From: Ostreococcus lucimarinus
Taxonomy: Eukaryota
Reading direction: 5' to 3' (one strand)
DNA length: 64,000 bases
Assembly: GCA_000092065.1 (NCBI GenBank)
Contig: CP000585.1
Part shown: positions 1 through 9,813 of the stretch, piece by piece
How positions within the stretch are numbered: position 1 is the first letter of the stretch
Layout: each line of letters opens with the position of its first letter
The notes under the pieces: generated by a model
What the model saw: only the letters and a program-made list of their open reading frames with translations
What the model was told of the DNA's origin: nothing
Databases searched by the model: none
Made by a program: the position numbers and the translations under genes

Positions 1-30
1 CCAATCAATCGAATGGAATGGAATCGAATC

Positions 31-63
31 GTTCGTTCGTTCGTTCGTTCGTTCGTTCGTTCG
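31..63. repeat. (GTTC)n microsatellite, ~8 units, following a GAATG/GAATC-rich stretch at positions 9-30
   Basis: Direct reading: gttcgttcgttcgttc... from position 31. There is no TTTAGGG-type telomere unit here. Confidence 0.8.
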
Positions 64-694
64 CGCGTTCGCGCTTCCCGCGTCGTGAATCTCCCGCGAC
101 GCACCGTCGCCGTTCGCCGTCGCCGTTCGCCGCGCCGCGCGAAGCCGCGAATGCCGCGCGCGCGCGCCCATCCATCCATCGCGCCATCGTGCGCGCGCGC
201 GTCGAGCGAGGTGCGCACACCGAGACGGGATTTCATGATTCAGACCTGTCGCACGGTTCGGAAGCACGCACAGCCATAAAAGTCACTCGAATACGTATTA
301 AACATCGATAAAAGTCACCGCGACGCGCCGCGCGCGATCCGATCGCGCGCGCGCGATCTCCGTCCATCGCGGCGATGGATATACGTATCGATAGATGGCG
401 TTAAAACGGACTCGAATGCGGGAACCGGTTAACGATAAACACCCCGCACGTCGCGATCGACGCCGCGTTCGTCGCCGTGGATCGCGCGCGCGGCACACCC
501 GACCACGATGCACGCCGCGCTCACGCAATCGACGACCCTCGCCGCGACCGCGGTCGCCGCGACGCGCGCGACGACGTCGAAGACGACGCGCCGATCGTTG
601 GTGATCATGAATAACTCCTCGGGGCCGAAGCGGGTGCGCGACGCGACGCGACGACGGGAGACGCGACGGGAGACGCGCGAACGACGCGCGCGCG

Positions 695-734
695 GATCGA
701 TCGATCGATCGATCGCGGGCGAGCGATCGATCGC
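695..734. repeat. (GATC)n / CGATCG-rich low-complexity tract
   Basis: Direct reading: ggatcgatcgatcgatcgatcgcgggcgagcgatcgatcgcg. Confidence 0.7.
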
Positions 735-1103
735 GACGGGCGACGCGAGAAGCGCGCGAACGGAGGCGTGAGGGGGGAGAGCGGACGATGGGAAATTCGG
801 CGATCGGTCGCGCGGGAGACTGGGCGCGGGCGGGACTCGGGGAAACGGCGAGGGGGGGGCGATCGCGACGCGCGGGGTTGGGGCGCGAACGAGGGCGCGC
901 GAGGGGACGCGGGGAGACGGGGGGCGTGGAGCGACGACTGACGACGAGGCGCGCGCGCGCGTGATGTGTAGGGCACGAAGTCTGCGCCGGCGCAACGCGC
1001 GGTCGGCTACAAGGGCTCCACCGATGCCGGATCGGCGCCGAAGACGTGCGTGATGCGATGCGATGCGACGCGAGCGTATCTGGACGTTATCTCGCGCGCG
1101 ATA

Positions 1104-1174
1104 TGGCGGGAAGACGCGCGGCTGGGGGTGTGGCGACGATTGCGGGGCGCGCGAAGGCGAAAAAAATGGAAGAG
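1104..1174 (+). CDS. psbR: Candidate 5' exon of psbR (MAGRRAAGGVATIAGRAKAKKME + 2 nt)
   Basis: It begins at an ATG in AAAAAATGG context and ends at a GTAAAG donor. An ACTGAC branch lies ~35 nt before the CAG acceptor at 1251-1253, and the phase (exon ends +2 nt) matches the downstream exon. There is no obvious transit peptide, so further 5' exons may exist. Confidence 0.35.
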
Positions 1175-1253
1175 GACGTAAAGATTAAGGCGCGCGCGCG
1201 CGATGGGTTGAGAGACTGACGACGACGACGACGACGACGCGTGACGCGCGCAG

Positions 1254-1458
1254 GCGAAGCGGCAAGGCTGGCTACGTCTACAAGCTCGGCTTGCGCAACG
1301 GCAAGGCGAACGTCGACGAGTACTCCCCGATCTGGGTGCCGCAAGACTTCAAGTCCGATGGTGATAAGTACGAAGGTAACTTGGTGTACTGGGCGGCGAC
1401 TTTGGCCGGTATCATCGGTACGGGCGCGCTCGCGATTTACCTCACCTCTGCGCTCTAA
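1254..1458 (+). CDS. psbR: Photosystem II 10 kDa protein PsbR, C-terminal exon
   Basis: The translation is ...RSGKAGYVYKLGLRNGKANVDEYSPIWVPQDFKSDGDKYEGNLVYWAATLAGIIGTGALAIYLTSAL*. It aligns with plant PsbR ([24 protein letters not shown]...[33 protein letters not shown]). The reading frame is open upstream only to 1189 and contains no ATG, so the gene is spliced. Confidence 0.8.
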
Positions 1459-1623
1459 GCGCGAGGCGACTTCATCGCGGGAGCGAATCCAAGTGATGTT
1501 TCGAGCGACGCTCGGCGACGGCATTATTCGGCGTCGGACGTCGGCGAATCAAAACTTTCACCTCCCATTTAGAACTTTGGCGAAACGGACGATAGAAAGC
1601 GAACGACCGCAACGAACACAACA

Positions 1624-1628
1624 TGTAA
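1624..1628 (+). promoter_or_regulatory. TGTAA candidate poly(A) signal for psbR
   Basis: TGTAA lies ~166 nt downstream of the psbR stop. UGUAA is the canonical poly(A) signal in chlorophyte algae. Confidence 0.35.
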
Positions 1629-1869
1629 TCCCACACAACGCGTGGATCTTAACGCCTCTTTCGAAACGACTTTCGCCGCGACGGCACATCGCTCGAATTC
1701 GCGCGCGTTTGAGGAGACGACAGTGATTAACTAGTACTGTGTGTGTTCATTGACATCATCACGAAGTCGGAGTTGTGTGGTGTTATTGGCTTTCGGCGTT
1801 TTTTTGTTTGTTTTCTGGTGGGTGGGTATTTGGGATGTTTTTTTTGTTTTCGTATCGGCTCGAGTGCGC

Positions 1870-4449
1870 TCACTCCGAGCCTTGCTTGAGCTTGCTCGGA
1901 TCGATGGATCCGATCATTCCGCCCATACCGTCGCCTCCGAACTGCTTCATCGCGATGCGTTGTTCCTCGAGATCGATGGTTTGCTCTTGGTTTTCGAGCG
2001 CCTCTCGCGCCTTGGCGCGCGCCTCTTCTCGCGCCTTGGCCTCGGCTTGCTTTGCGGCTTCTTCGGCAACTTTTTTCGCCTCTTCAGCTGCTTTCTTTTC
2101 CGCTTCCAGTCGCTCGCGCTCGGCTTGCGCCTGCGCCTCGTCCTCTTTTCTGGATTCGTCGAGTTGTTGCTTTTGTTGAGCCGCGGCTTCGAACTCATTC
2201 CACAAGTCATCCGGAATGGCATCCTGCGTCGCCGCTTGCGCGCTCGCGTTCACTGGCGCGTCAGAACTCGCCAGATTTTCCCAACCTGACGGATTTTGGA
2301 CGTTCACCGCCGCCTTGGAGACGTTTTGTTTGATGCCCGGAGCCTCCTTGGCGAACTGGTTAGACGACTGGTCGACGGGCGCGGCGGCACCGGTGACGGC
2401 GGCGCGCTTCTCCGGATTACTGCCAGCACCTTCCGCGCTATCCATGCTCGAAGTGTCTGAATCCGAATCTCCGGAATCGGTGTCGGTATCGGAGTCGTCG
2501 TCGACCGGTTTCTTTTCTGGCTTTTGAGCCGACGGCCCGGCGCTGTTGAGATGAACGACGTCTTGGTAGCTTCCTCCGGTCTCTTGAACCTGCTGCAATG
2601 TTTGCTCGACAGCCGCAAGCTCGCGCGCGGCTTGCGCTTCACGCATTTTCGCCTCAAGAAGCTGCTCAGCGGCGTTGAGCTTACGCTTCTTCGGACGAAG
2701 CACGCCATTGACGTATTTGTGAAGTTTCCAGAGCGTGGCCGCGGGAAGCTCTTCGATGTTGATTTCGATCTCATCTTCCTCCCCTTGGCCCAAAGCTTGT
2801 TTCGCTTCACTAACAATTTGTACGACTCGATCCTGCTTGTCTTCGGGAAGTTCTCCAAGCAACATTGTGAGCTCAGACTTTTCATCAAAAGTCATATCGC
2901 GCGAGGGCGTCGGCGCCGGTCGCGGACGCGAGTAGCCTCCTTCGCTCCTGAATCCACGCTCTCGCTTGATTTCCTTTCGAATCCGGCCTTCCTCCTTGTA
3001 CTCCTTGTAAGTGTCTTCATCCATGCGCGCGTCATCGAAGTCGAAGTCGGGATCTTCATCTGGGTCTCTTTGTCTTTTGACCGCCCCGCGAGACCGAGAC
3101 TTTGGTCGCGGCATCGGTTCGTCGTCCCAATCATCTTCGTCGTCTTCCTTGTATATAACTTCTTGCTTGGCGCGCTTCAGTTCCTCAATCTCGCGTCTGA
3201 CCTTTTCGAGTTCCGCTCTAGCGTCTTCGAGGACAGCCACCTCAAGACTGATGGGCGTGGCGGGCGTGTTGCGAATTTCAATGTCCTCGTGCTCTCGAAT
3301 TTCGTTTTCGATTGAGACGTAGTCTTCGAGATCGCTATTCAACCACGCGGTTTCGAATAACTGGCGGACGGTTTCAGTCATGACGCCAGCATCTGACGCC
3401 GTGCCGTTGTACAGAAGGCCGTTGGAGAAGATTAAGCGCATGTCGGCGCAAAACTCAGCGGGGTTGAGATATGCCTTGGTGTCGAGCTTCGTCTTCACCG
3501 TGCCCATATCCATCGGGTTCTTGATGATGTCAAAGTAGTCTGGCACCCCATGCTTTTTCGGGTCGACCGGCACAAGGAAAATCTTGTGATACTTGTGCTT
3601 CTTCGACGCTATTAAAACTTCACGGCAACGTCTTATCATTTCCTTGCGTCGAGCGTCGCGCGCCTGCTCAACTTCGTACTCCTTTTGCAAACGCTGCGTC
3701 GTGACAGCGCGGCCATCCCTTAACTTCTTGACGCCCGCAAGATTTGCCGCGGAGCCCTTCTTCTTCGACCCGTAGGACGAGACGCCGTAACCATCGTACG
3801 GTTGCGTCGCCTTGATCGGTCGCGCCGACGCCGGACGCGGCGGAGGTAACCTGGCGAATTGTAACTGCTTCTTCGCCTCGATTTCCGCCACCTTGGTCTT
3901 GGCCTCCTCGATGGCCGCGAGACGCTTCGCCAACTCTTCCTTCTTACGACGCTTTTGCTCTTTGCGTTGCAGCTTCCGCAAAGCAAGCTCCTCTTCCGTA
4001 CACTCTTCGTCCGGTTTTTCTGGAAGCTTTGCCGAATCGTCGCCCGGCGCCGCAAACATCCCGCCGCCCTCGTCGTCGCCCGACGCGAACATCCCGTCAT
4101 CTACCTTGGCCGACGGTCTACGCACGCGTTTCTTACTCTCCAACCAATTCGAGTCAAACGCCGCGTAATCACCCGCCGGCATGTACGCGTACCCTTTCGG
4201 CGCCTTCATCGACTGATTCAGCGTCAACAAGATCTCCCCGCGGGCCGCCGACACCGCGTTCGCCGGCCACGTCGCCGCCGCCGCGTTCGCACCCGCGGCC
4301 GCCGCCGCCTCCGTGATCGCCCCATCCTCCGCGGGCGTATTCGGCGCGTCCGTCATCGCCCCATCTCCCGCCTCCGTCGCGCGCGCGTCTGGTTTTTCCC
4401 CATCCGCCGCCCCCGCTGGCGCCGTCGCCGCCGCCGCCACCGCCGTCAT
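1870..4449 (-). CDS. BET-family bromodomain protein (bromodomain plus ET/NET domain; GTE-like transcription factor)
   Basis: Bromodomain block: YHKIFLVPVDPKKHGVPDYFDIIKNPMDMGTVKTKLDTKAYLNPAEFCADMRLIFSNGLLYNGTASDAG. ET-like block: EINIEELPAATLWKLHKYVNGVL. The protein has acidic/Ser-rich linkers and a K/E-rich coiled-coil tail. The ATG at 4447-4449 was verified. Confidence 0.8.
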   Translation of the reverse strand: MTAVAAAATAPAGAADGEKPDARATEAGDGAMTDAPNTPAEDGAITEAAAAAGANAAAATWPANAVSAARGEILLTLNQSMKAPKGYAYMPAGDYAAFDSNWLESKKRVRRPSAKVDDGMFASGDDEGGGMFAAPGDDSAKLPEKPDEECTEEELALRKLQRKEQKRRKKEELAKRLAAIEEAKTKVAEIEAKKQLQFARLPPPRPASARPIKATQPYDGYGVSSYGSKKKGSAANLAGVKKLRDGRAVTTQRLQKEYEVEQARDARRKEMIRRCREVLIASKKHKYHKIFLVPVDPKKHGVPDYFDIIKNPMDMGTVKTKLDTKAYLNPAEFCADMRLIFSNGLLYNGTASDAGVMTETVRQLFETAWLNSDLEDYVSIENEIREHEDIEIRNTPATPISLEVAVLEDARAELEKVRREIEELKRAKQEVIYKEDDEDDWDDEPMPRPKSRSRGAVKRQRDPDEDPDFDFDDARMDEDTYKEYKEEGRIRKEIKRERGFRSEGGYSRPRPAPTPSRDMTFDEKSELTMLLGELPEDKQDRVVQIVSEAKQALGQGEEDEIEINIEELPAATLWKLHKYVNGVLRPKKRKLNAAEQLLEAKMREAQAARELAAVEQTLQQVQETGGSYQDVVHLNSAGPSAQKPEKKPVDDDSDTDTDSGDSDSDTSSMDSAEGAGSNPEKRAAVTGAAAPVDQSSNQFAKEAPGIKQNVSKAAVNVQNPSGWENLASSDAPVNASAQAATQDAIPDDLWNEFEAAAQQKQQLDESRKEDEAQAQAERERLEAEKKAAEEAKKVAEEAAKQAEAKAREEARAKAREALENQEQTIDLEEQRIAMKQFGGDGMGGMIGSIDPSKLKQGSE

Positions 4450-5266
4450 CGCCTCGGAATCCGCAAGATCTGATCAAACAGTCACGACTTCGCCAACTTC
4501 TCCTACGCGTTCGATCGCACAACGTCGCGCCGTCAGTATTCGTTCGTTCCGCGGAAAATTCCACCGCCGCTTCGCCCTCGCGCGCGCCCCGCGTCGCGTT
4601 TCCCGCGCGATGAATGTTTCAGAAATTCAACCCTCGGAATCGCATTCGCGCGCCCCGCGCCCTCGCGCGCGCGTCCCGCGCCCGCCGACGCGTCGCGCGC
4701 GCCGGATCGCGCGATTTCGGATCGCGCGCGTCCGCGTCGCGCGCCCGCGACGCGCGCGCGCGGCGTAAACCGCGACGAATCGTCGACGATAATTCTTTGA
4801 GAGAATGACGTCGGCGCGACGATCTCGACGCCGTGTCGCCGCGCGCGCGCGCCGTCGCGCGTTGCGGACGTCGCGCGCGCGACGCGCTCTTCGCGTTTCG
4901 CGCGCGCGCTTCGCGCGGCGATCGAACGGCGCACCTTTGGACGGAGAGGAGGGGAAAAGAAGTGGCGCGAGGCGGCGGAGGGCGCCGCATCTGGACGAGC
5001 TCGCGAGCGACGGGCTCGACGCGACTCGACGCGCGATCCAGGTCGCGCCAGAGCGCGCGCGCGAAGTCCTGAGCGTAAAATACAATACAACGACGCGAGA
5101 AGCGTCGATGAGCGACGAGACGCGACGCGAACGCGCCGCGCGCGTCGATGGACGAGACGCTATCGAGCGGCGCCGAAGCGCGCCGCGAAGGAGCCGAGGC
5201 GGCGGTTCGGCCGAGGCGACGAAACCGCGCGTCCGAACGAACGATCGGCGACGCGGCGCATCGTCA

Positions 5267-5797
5267 TTACCGATGTCTCGTCTCGAGATACGCCAACGCT
5301 TCGTTCGCTTTCGCGCTCCACGGTTCGCCCGCGGCGTCGAAGCACTCGACGAGTTCCCACACCGCGGCGTCGGGAACGGGACCGGCGCGAAGCGCGTCCG
5401 CGAACGCCCGTTCGGCCAACGCGGGAAGGACGCCTCGGCAGTACATGGACACGAGCGCCAGGTGGGCGTCGAGCGGCACGGCCTCGATCGTGAGCGCGCT
5501 GACGATTTCCTTCTTTAACTCTTGCGCTCGGCGCGTCTCGTCTCGCGCGCACGCGCCTATCAACGCGTCCACGCGCGGTTTGGCGCGAAGCGCCAGGTCG
5601 CGCGCGCGCAGCGCCTCGAGCCGCGCGCGTTTTTCTTCCTCGCTCAGGCGCCGCGAAGGCCCGTCGGTGGGGCGTCGAACGACGCGTCGGCGCGGCGCGG
5701 ACGCGTCGGCGGCGTCGTCGCGCGTCGCCGCGCGCGATTGACGCGCCGCGCGCGCCGCGACGGGCGCCGCGCGCGGCGCCGCGCGCGGCGTCGCCAT
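5267..5797 (-). CDS. Hypothetical 176-aa protein with an R/A-rich N-terminal presequence
   Basis: Clean ORF starting at a verified ATG with coding-like codon usage (GC3-rich, mixed composition in the C-terminal half). It lies in the gap between the bromodomain gene and the DnaJ gene. No recognisable domain. Confidence 0.35.
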   Translation of the reverse strand: MATPRAAPRAAPVAARAARQSRAATRDDAADASAPRRRVVRRPTDGPSRRLSEEEKRARLEALRARDLALRAKPRVDALIGACARDETRRAQELKKEIVSALTIEAVPLDAHLALVSMYCRGVLPALAERAFADALRAGPVPDAAVWELVECFDAAGEPWSAKANEALAYLETRHR

Positions 5798-5802
5798 CGC
5801 GG

Positions 5803-5840
5803 CGACGCGACGCGACGCGACGCGACGCGACGCGACGCGG
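5803..5840. repeat. (GACGC)n microsatellite, ~7 units
   Basis: Direct reading: gacgcgacgcgacgcgacgcgacgcgacgcg, immediately upstream of the 5267..5797 gene. Confidence 0.75.
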
Positions 5841-5872
5841 TGTGTCGAACGCGACGATTGGGCGTGGGGCGC

Positions 5873-7666
5873 TTACAGCTCGCGTTCGTCGAAACGCGCG
5901 GGATCTAAATCGTACAACTTCCGTTGCTTGGCGTCGCTCAGGGTGGCGTACGCGCGTTGCACGGATTTAAACGTCGCTTCAGCCTTGGCGGCGTCCTCGG
6001 GAGAGGCGCGGGTCCATTTGTCGGGATGCCACACGGCGGCGAGCTTGCGATACGCGGATTTCACGGCGCGGACGTCGGCGCCGGGCTTGACGCCGAGAAT
6101 GTCGTAGAACTTGCCCCGGCGTCGCGCGTTGCCGTCTTCGACGGTGTAATCTCTTGATTCAGGGTCGTCGGCGTCGGCGCTCGAGCCGCGAAGCGCGCGA
6201 GCGGCGGCGCGACGAACGGCGTCGTCGACGCCCGGATGCGTCGGCGCGATTGTTTGCGCCGCGCGCAAATCAGTAAACGCGCCTTGGTGATCGCCGCGCG
6301 CCGTGCGTATCGCTGCGCGTAACGCATACGCCTCGTAATCGTTACCATTGAGTGATAAACACTCCGCCAGGTCTTGCGTCGCTGTGGCGAGGTCTGCGCA
6401 CGCGTCAGGATCGTCGACGGCGGCGTACTCGTGCCGCTTGAATTGACACTCGGCGCGAACGCGTAAGATTCTACCACGGAATCTCGTCGTCATCTCGCCT
6501 TCGGGCGTTTGCAACAGTTTACTCAGTAGACGGATCGCGTTCGAATGCTGTTCGTCCTCGACGTCGCGCTCAGCACGCTTGATCAAATCTTGGAGATGCA
6601 GTAAACGCGCGCCGAGCTCGATGCATTTTTTGCTCGCAAATTCGTCGTACGAGTCTCGAAAGGATGCGCTTGATATCTCCGCCAGCGCGCCGTCGACGTC
6701 GCCCATGCGCCACCGTGTCTCGGCAACGATGTATTTGCGATCGAGCGAGTCTTCAAGTAAGGTTTCACACTGTTTGATCGCCGCCTCATATCTCTGACAG
6801 CACACGAGCGCCTCTGCGACGTTGGCTCGGGCGCCTTCCAAACTCGGATTCGCGCGTAAAAGAGCCTCCGCGCTCAGGAGCGCTTCTGCCGCGGTTTCTC
6901 GATCCACGTCGTGTCTCGGTAAAGCCGTTCGAGCGCCACGTTTCGCCGCATCACGCTGTCGCTCGACCTCAGCTTTCGCCGCCGCCGCCGCGCGCTCGGC
7001 TTCTAGTCTCCCTCGCGAAGCGCTCTCGTCCTCTGGATCGATCTCCAGCACCGCCTCAAACAGCTCCAGCGCTTTTTCTGGGCACCTCAACTTCAATTGC
7101 GCCGAAGCACCGCGCAAAAGCGCCTTGACGTAGCGTGAATCGCGTTCTATCGCGCACGCCGCGTCCTCCGCAGCCGCTCGAAACCGCTCCAATTTGAGCG
7201 CCGCCGCGGAACGGTTCGCGTGATACACCGCCTTCCGCGGCTCGAGCCTGATCGCCTCCGTGAACTCATCGAACGCATTCTCGTACTCTTTCTTCTTCAT
7301 CCGCGCCATCCCTCGATCGTTCGCCTCCTCCGCTCGCGTCTCGTCGTACTCCCCGTCGCGCCACCAAGGCGCCGTCGTCCCGTCCTCCCGTTGTTTCGCA
7401 TCCATCTCCGCCAACTCGCGCGTCAAGCCTCCCATGCGATTCAATATCTCGACGAACCTCGGTTCGCCCTCGAGTCCCGCGCACCGCACGCGCCATCGAA
7501 ACTCACGAAACCGTTCCGCGCGCCACATCTCCCCCGCCTTGCGCTCATCCGTCACGAGCTCCACCTCCGCGCACGTCCCGATTCGCGCCGTCTCGCCGTC
7601 TTTCTCGGGACGCCGCGCCGCGTCTCCGTCCCTCGTCGCCGCGTCGCGCGCGCGCGCGCGCACCAT
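5873..7666 (-). CDS. TPR-repeat DnaJ co-chaperone (DNAJC7/TPR2-like; J domain at C-terminus)
   Basis: C-terminal J domain: [33 protein letters not shown]...[17 protein letters not shown]. Upstream TPR units include [60 protein letters not shown]. The ORF-track start at 7762 is a TTG, so I used the first in-frame ATG at 7666. Confidence 0.8.
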   Translation of the reverse strand: [597 protein letters not shown]

Positions 7667-7918
7667 CGCGCGTCGCCGTGTCCGAGGCGCGCCGACGACC
7701 GCGTCGGAAACGCTCGCCGTTTTCGAGCGTTTTCGCGAAAAATAAAATCTCAAGATGCACAACCCTCGCGTATTGCGTCACTCTCGAGCCAGATCATAGA
7801 ATCAAGCGAAAAGTGAGGCTGGACGTCGTCGCCAGCGCGTGCGCTTTTTGTCCCGAGCGACGATCGACGCCGCACAGCGACGCGCTGGACGCGCACCGCG
7901 CGCGCGACGCCCGCGAGC

Positions 7919-9673
7919 ATGCGCGCCGTGACGTTCCCGAACGCGCGCCCGACGGGCGCGACGCGAACGGCGCGAGCGCGCGCGCAGGCGGCGAAACGCG
8001 CGACGCGGGGCGGCGATCATCAACGCAATCCGCGAAATGTCGAGAGGCATCGACGGCTGAGCGTCGTGATGCGACGCGATCGCGACGTCGCGATGCGCGG
8101 GGGGGTGAACGAAACGTTCGTGGATCTCGGAACGGCCTCGGGAGGGGTCGAGGAGGAGAAGGTGAGGGCGTCGGGGAAGACTCGGGACGACGAAGGGGAG
8201 ATGCTGTCGTTCGTGGTCTTCGGCGCGAGCGGGGACTTGGCGAAGAAGAAAATCTACCCGGCGCTGTTCGCGCTGTATTACGAGGGACGGTTGCCGAAGA
8301 ATTTCATGATTTACGGCTACGCGCGATCGAGCATGACGACGGAGGAGTTTCGGAATAAAATCGCGGAGTCGTTGACGTGTCGCATCGACTGGAGTAAGGC
8401 GGGGGAGAGCGACTGCGCGGCAAAGTCGGAAGAATTCTTCGCGCGGTGCGTGTACGTGCCGGGTCAATACGATCAAGCGAAGGACTTCAAGGCGTTGGAC
8501 GCGTTGATGTGCGAAAACGAACGCGCGGTTAGCAGCGTAAAGCGCGTGTTTTACCTGAGCATTCCGCCGAGCATCTTTGTACCGGTGGCGCAAAACGCGG
8601 CGCGCGAGTGCCAAAGCAAGACTGGGGACACGAGAGTCATCGTAGAGAAACCGTTCGGGAGAGACTTGACGAGCTCTCGCGAGTTGACCGCGGCGCTCGC
8701 GCAAGACTTGAGCGAGGAGCAAACGTATCGCATCGATCACTACCTCGGGAAGGAGTTGATTGAGAATCTCACCGTCATGCGCTTTTCGAACATCATGTTC
8801 CAACCGCTTTGGAACAGAAACTACATCCGCAACGTGCAAATCAACTTTAGTGAAAACTTTGGCACCGAAGGTCGCGGTGGTTATTTCGATAACTACGGCA
8901 TCATTCGCGACATTATGCAGAACCACTTGCTGCAAATCTTGGCGCTCTTTGCGATGGAGGAACCGGCGAGCCTGGACGCGGAGGACATTCGCAACGAAAA
9001 GGTCAAGGTGATTCGCTGCATGCGTCCGATTGAGATGGATAATGTCGCGTTGGGTCAGTACAAAGGACGAGAAACCGATGGGAAGAAGTATCCGGCGTAT
9101 TTGGACGACGAGACAGTGCCGAAGGGGTCGCTTTGCCCGACGTTCGCCGCGATGGCTTTGTTCATCGATAACGCGCGTTGGGACGGCGTACCGTTTTTGC
9201 TCAAGGCGGGTAAGGCCTTGCACAAGCGTCAAGCGGAGATTCGCGTGCAGTTCCGTCACGCACCTGGTAACTTGTACGGGGAAAGACAAGGTAGAGTTGA
9301 GCACGTCACCAACGAGCTCGTGATTCGCATTCAACCAGACGAAGCGATCTACTTGCGTATCAACAACAAAGTCCCGGGTTTGGGGCAGCGATTGGATCAA
9401 ACGATTTTAGATCTCCAATACAAGAACGCGTACGGTCAAGTTGAGCTTCCGGATGCGTACGAGCGTTTGATTTTGGACGTCATCAACGGCGACAAGCGTC
9501 TCTTCATTCGCAACGACGAACTCGAAGCGGCTTGGAAGCTCTTCACCCCGCTCTTAGACAAAATCGAAGAGCAAAAGATCGCACCGGAGCTTTACCCGTA
9601 CGGATCTCGTGGTCCGATCGGCGCTCACTACCTGGCTTCGCGTTTCAACGTGCGATGGGGAGACACCGAATAA
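7919..9673 (+). CDS. G6PD: Glucose-6-phosphate 1-dehydrogenase (long N-terminal extension, probably plastid-targeted)
   Basis: NADP-binding motif [23 protein letters not shown], active-site signature [14 protein letters not shown], and a C-terminal dimer domain. The ATG at 7919 was verified. Confidence 0.92.
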   Translation: MRAVTFPNARPTGATRTARARAQAAKRATRGGDHQRNPRNVERHRRLSVVMRRDRDVAMRGGVNETFVDLGTASGGVEEEKVRASGKTRDDEGEMLSFVVFGASGDLAKKKIYPALFALYYEGRLPKNFMIYGYARSSMTTEEFRNKIAESLTCRIDWSKAGESDCAAKSEEFFARCVYVPGQYDQAKDFKALDALMCENERAVSSVKRVFYLSIPPSIFVPVAQNAARECQSKTGDTRVIVEKPFGRDLTSSRELTAALAQDLSEEQTYRIDHYLGKELIENLTVMRFSNIMFQPLWNRNYIRNVQINFSENFGTEGRGGYFDNYGIIRDIMQNHLLQILALFAMEEPASLDAEDIRNEKVKVIRCMRPIEMDNVALGQYKGRETDGKKYPAYLDDETVPKGSLCPTFAAMALFIDNARWDGVPFLLKAGKALHKRQAEIRVQFRHAPGNLYGERQGRVEHVTNELVIRIQPDEAIYLRINNKVPGLGQRLDQTILDLQYKNAYGQVELPDAYERLILDVINGDKRLFIRNDELEAAWKLFTPLLDKIEEQKIAPELYPYGSRGPIGAHYLASRFNVRWGDTE

Positions 9674-9701
9674 GCCCGCGCCCGCGCCGCAGCAGCAATT
9701 T

Positions 9702-9706
9702 TGTAA
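9702..9706 (+). promoter_or_regulatory. TGTAA poly(A) signal downstream of G6PD
   Basis: TGTAA lies 29 nt after the TAA stop, in an AT-richer convergent 3' region. Confidence 0.45.
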
Positions 9707-9813
9707 AACTTACGCAAGCTCGCAAGTATAAATAAAAACAACTTCATTAGATTTCATTAGTAATATTGGTTACGTGTGTTTTTCGACGGTGTTCGCGCTT
9801 CGTACGAGCTTGA

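Noticed and set aside
1-70. Possible telomere or subtelomeric satellite at the window start (ccaatcaatcgaatggaatggaatcgaatcg + (GTTC)n)
   Set aside because: There are no TTTAGGG/CCCTAAA-type units or long arrays. It is a short GAATG/GAATC-like run followed by a tetranucleotide microsatellite, and ordinary genes begin within 1.2 kb.
1241-1726. ORF-track ORF 1241..1726 (+) as the gene at this locus
   Set aside because: It is the +1 frame over the psbR exon. Its translation is low-complexity, whereas the adjacent frame gives a high-identity PsbR.
7667-7762. ORF-track N-termini beginning with 'M' at 7762, 10818, 13193, 13464, 22795, 27814, 33207, 40573, 46511, 54001, 54037 and 62631
   Set aside because: Checking the nucleotides shows these first codons are GTG/TTG, so the track translates alternative starts as M. 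For eukaryotic nuclear genes I moved starts to the first in-frame ATG. Some residual N-terminal uncertainty remains.
9674-9813. AT-rich block between the G6PD and QOR genes as a mobile element or regulatory island
   Set aside because: It is the 140-bp convergent 3'UTR/terminator region of two genes and carries a TGTAA poly(A) signal, so AT enrichment is expected there.
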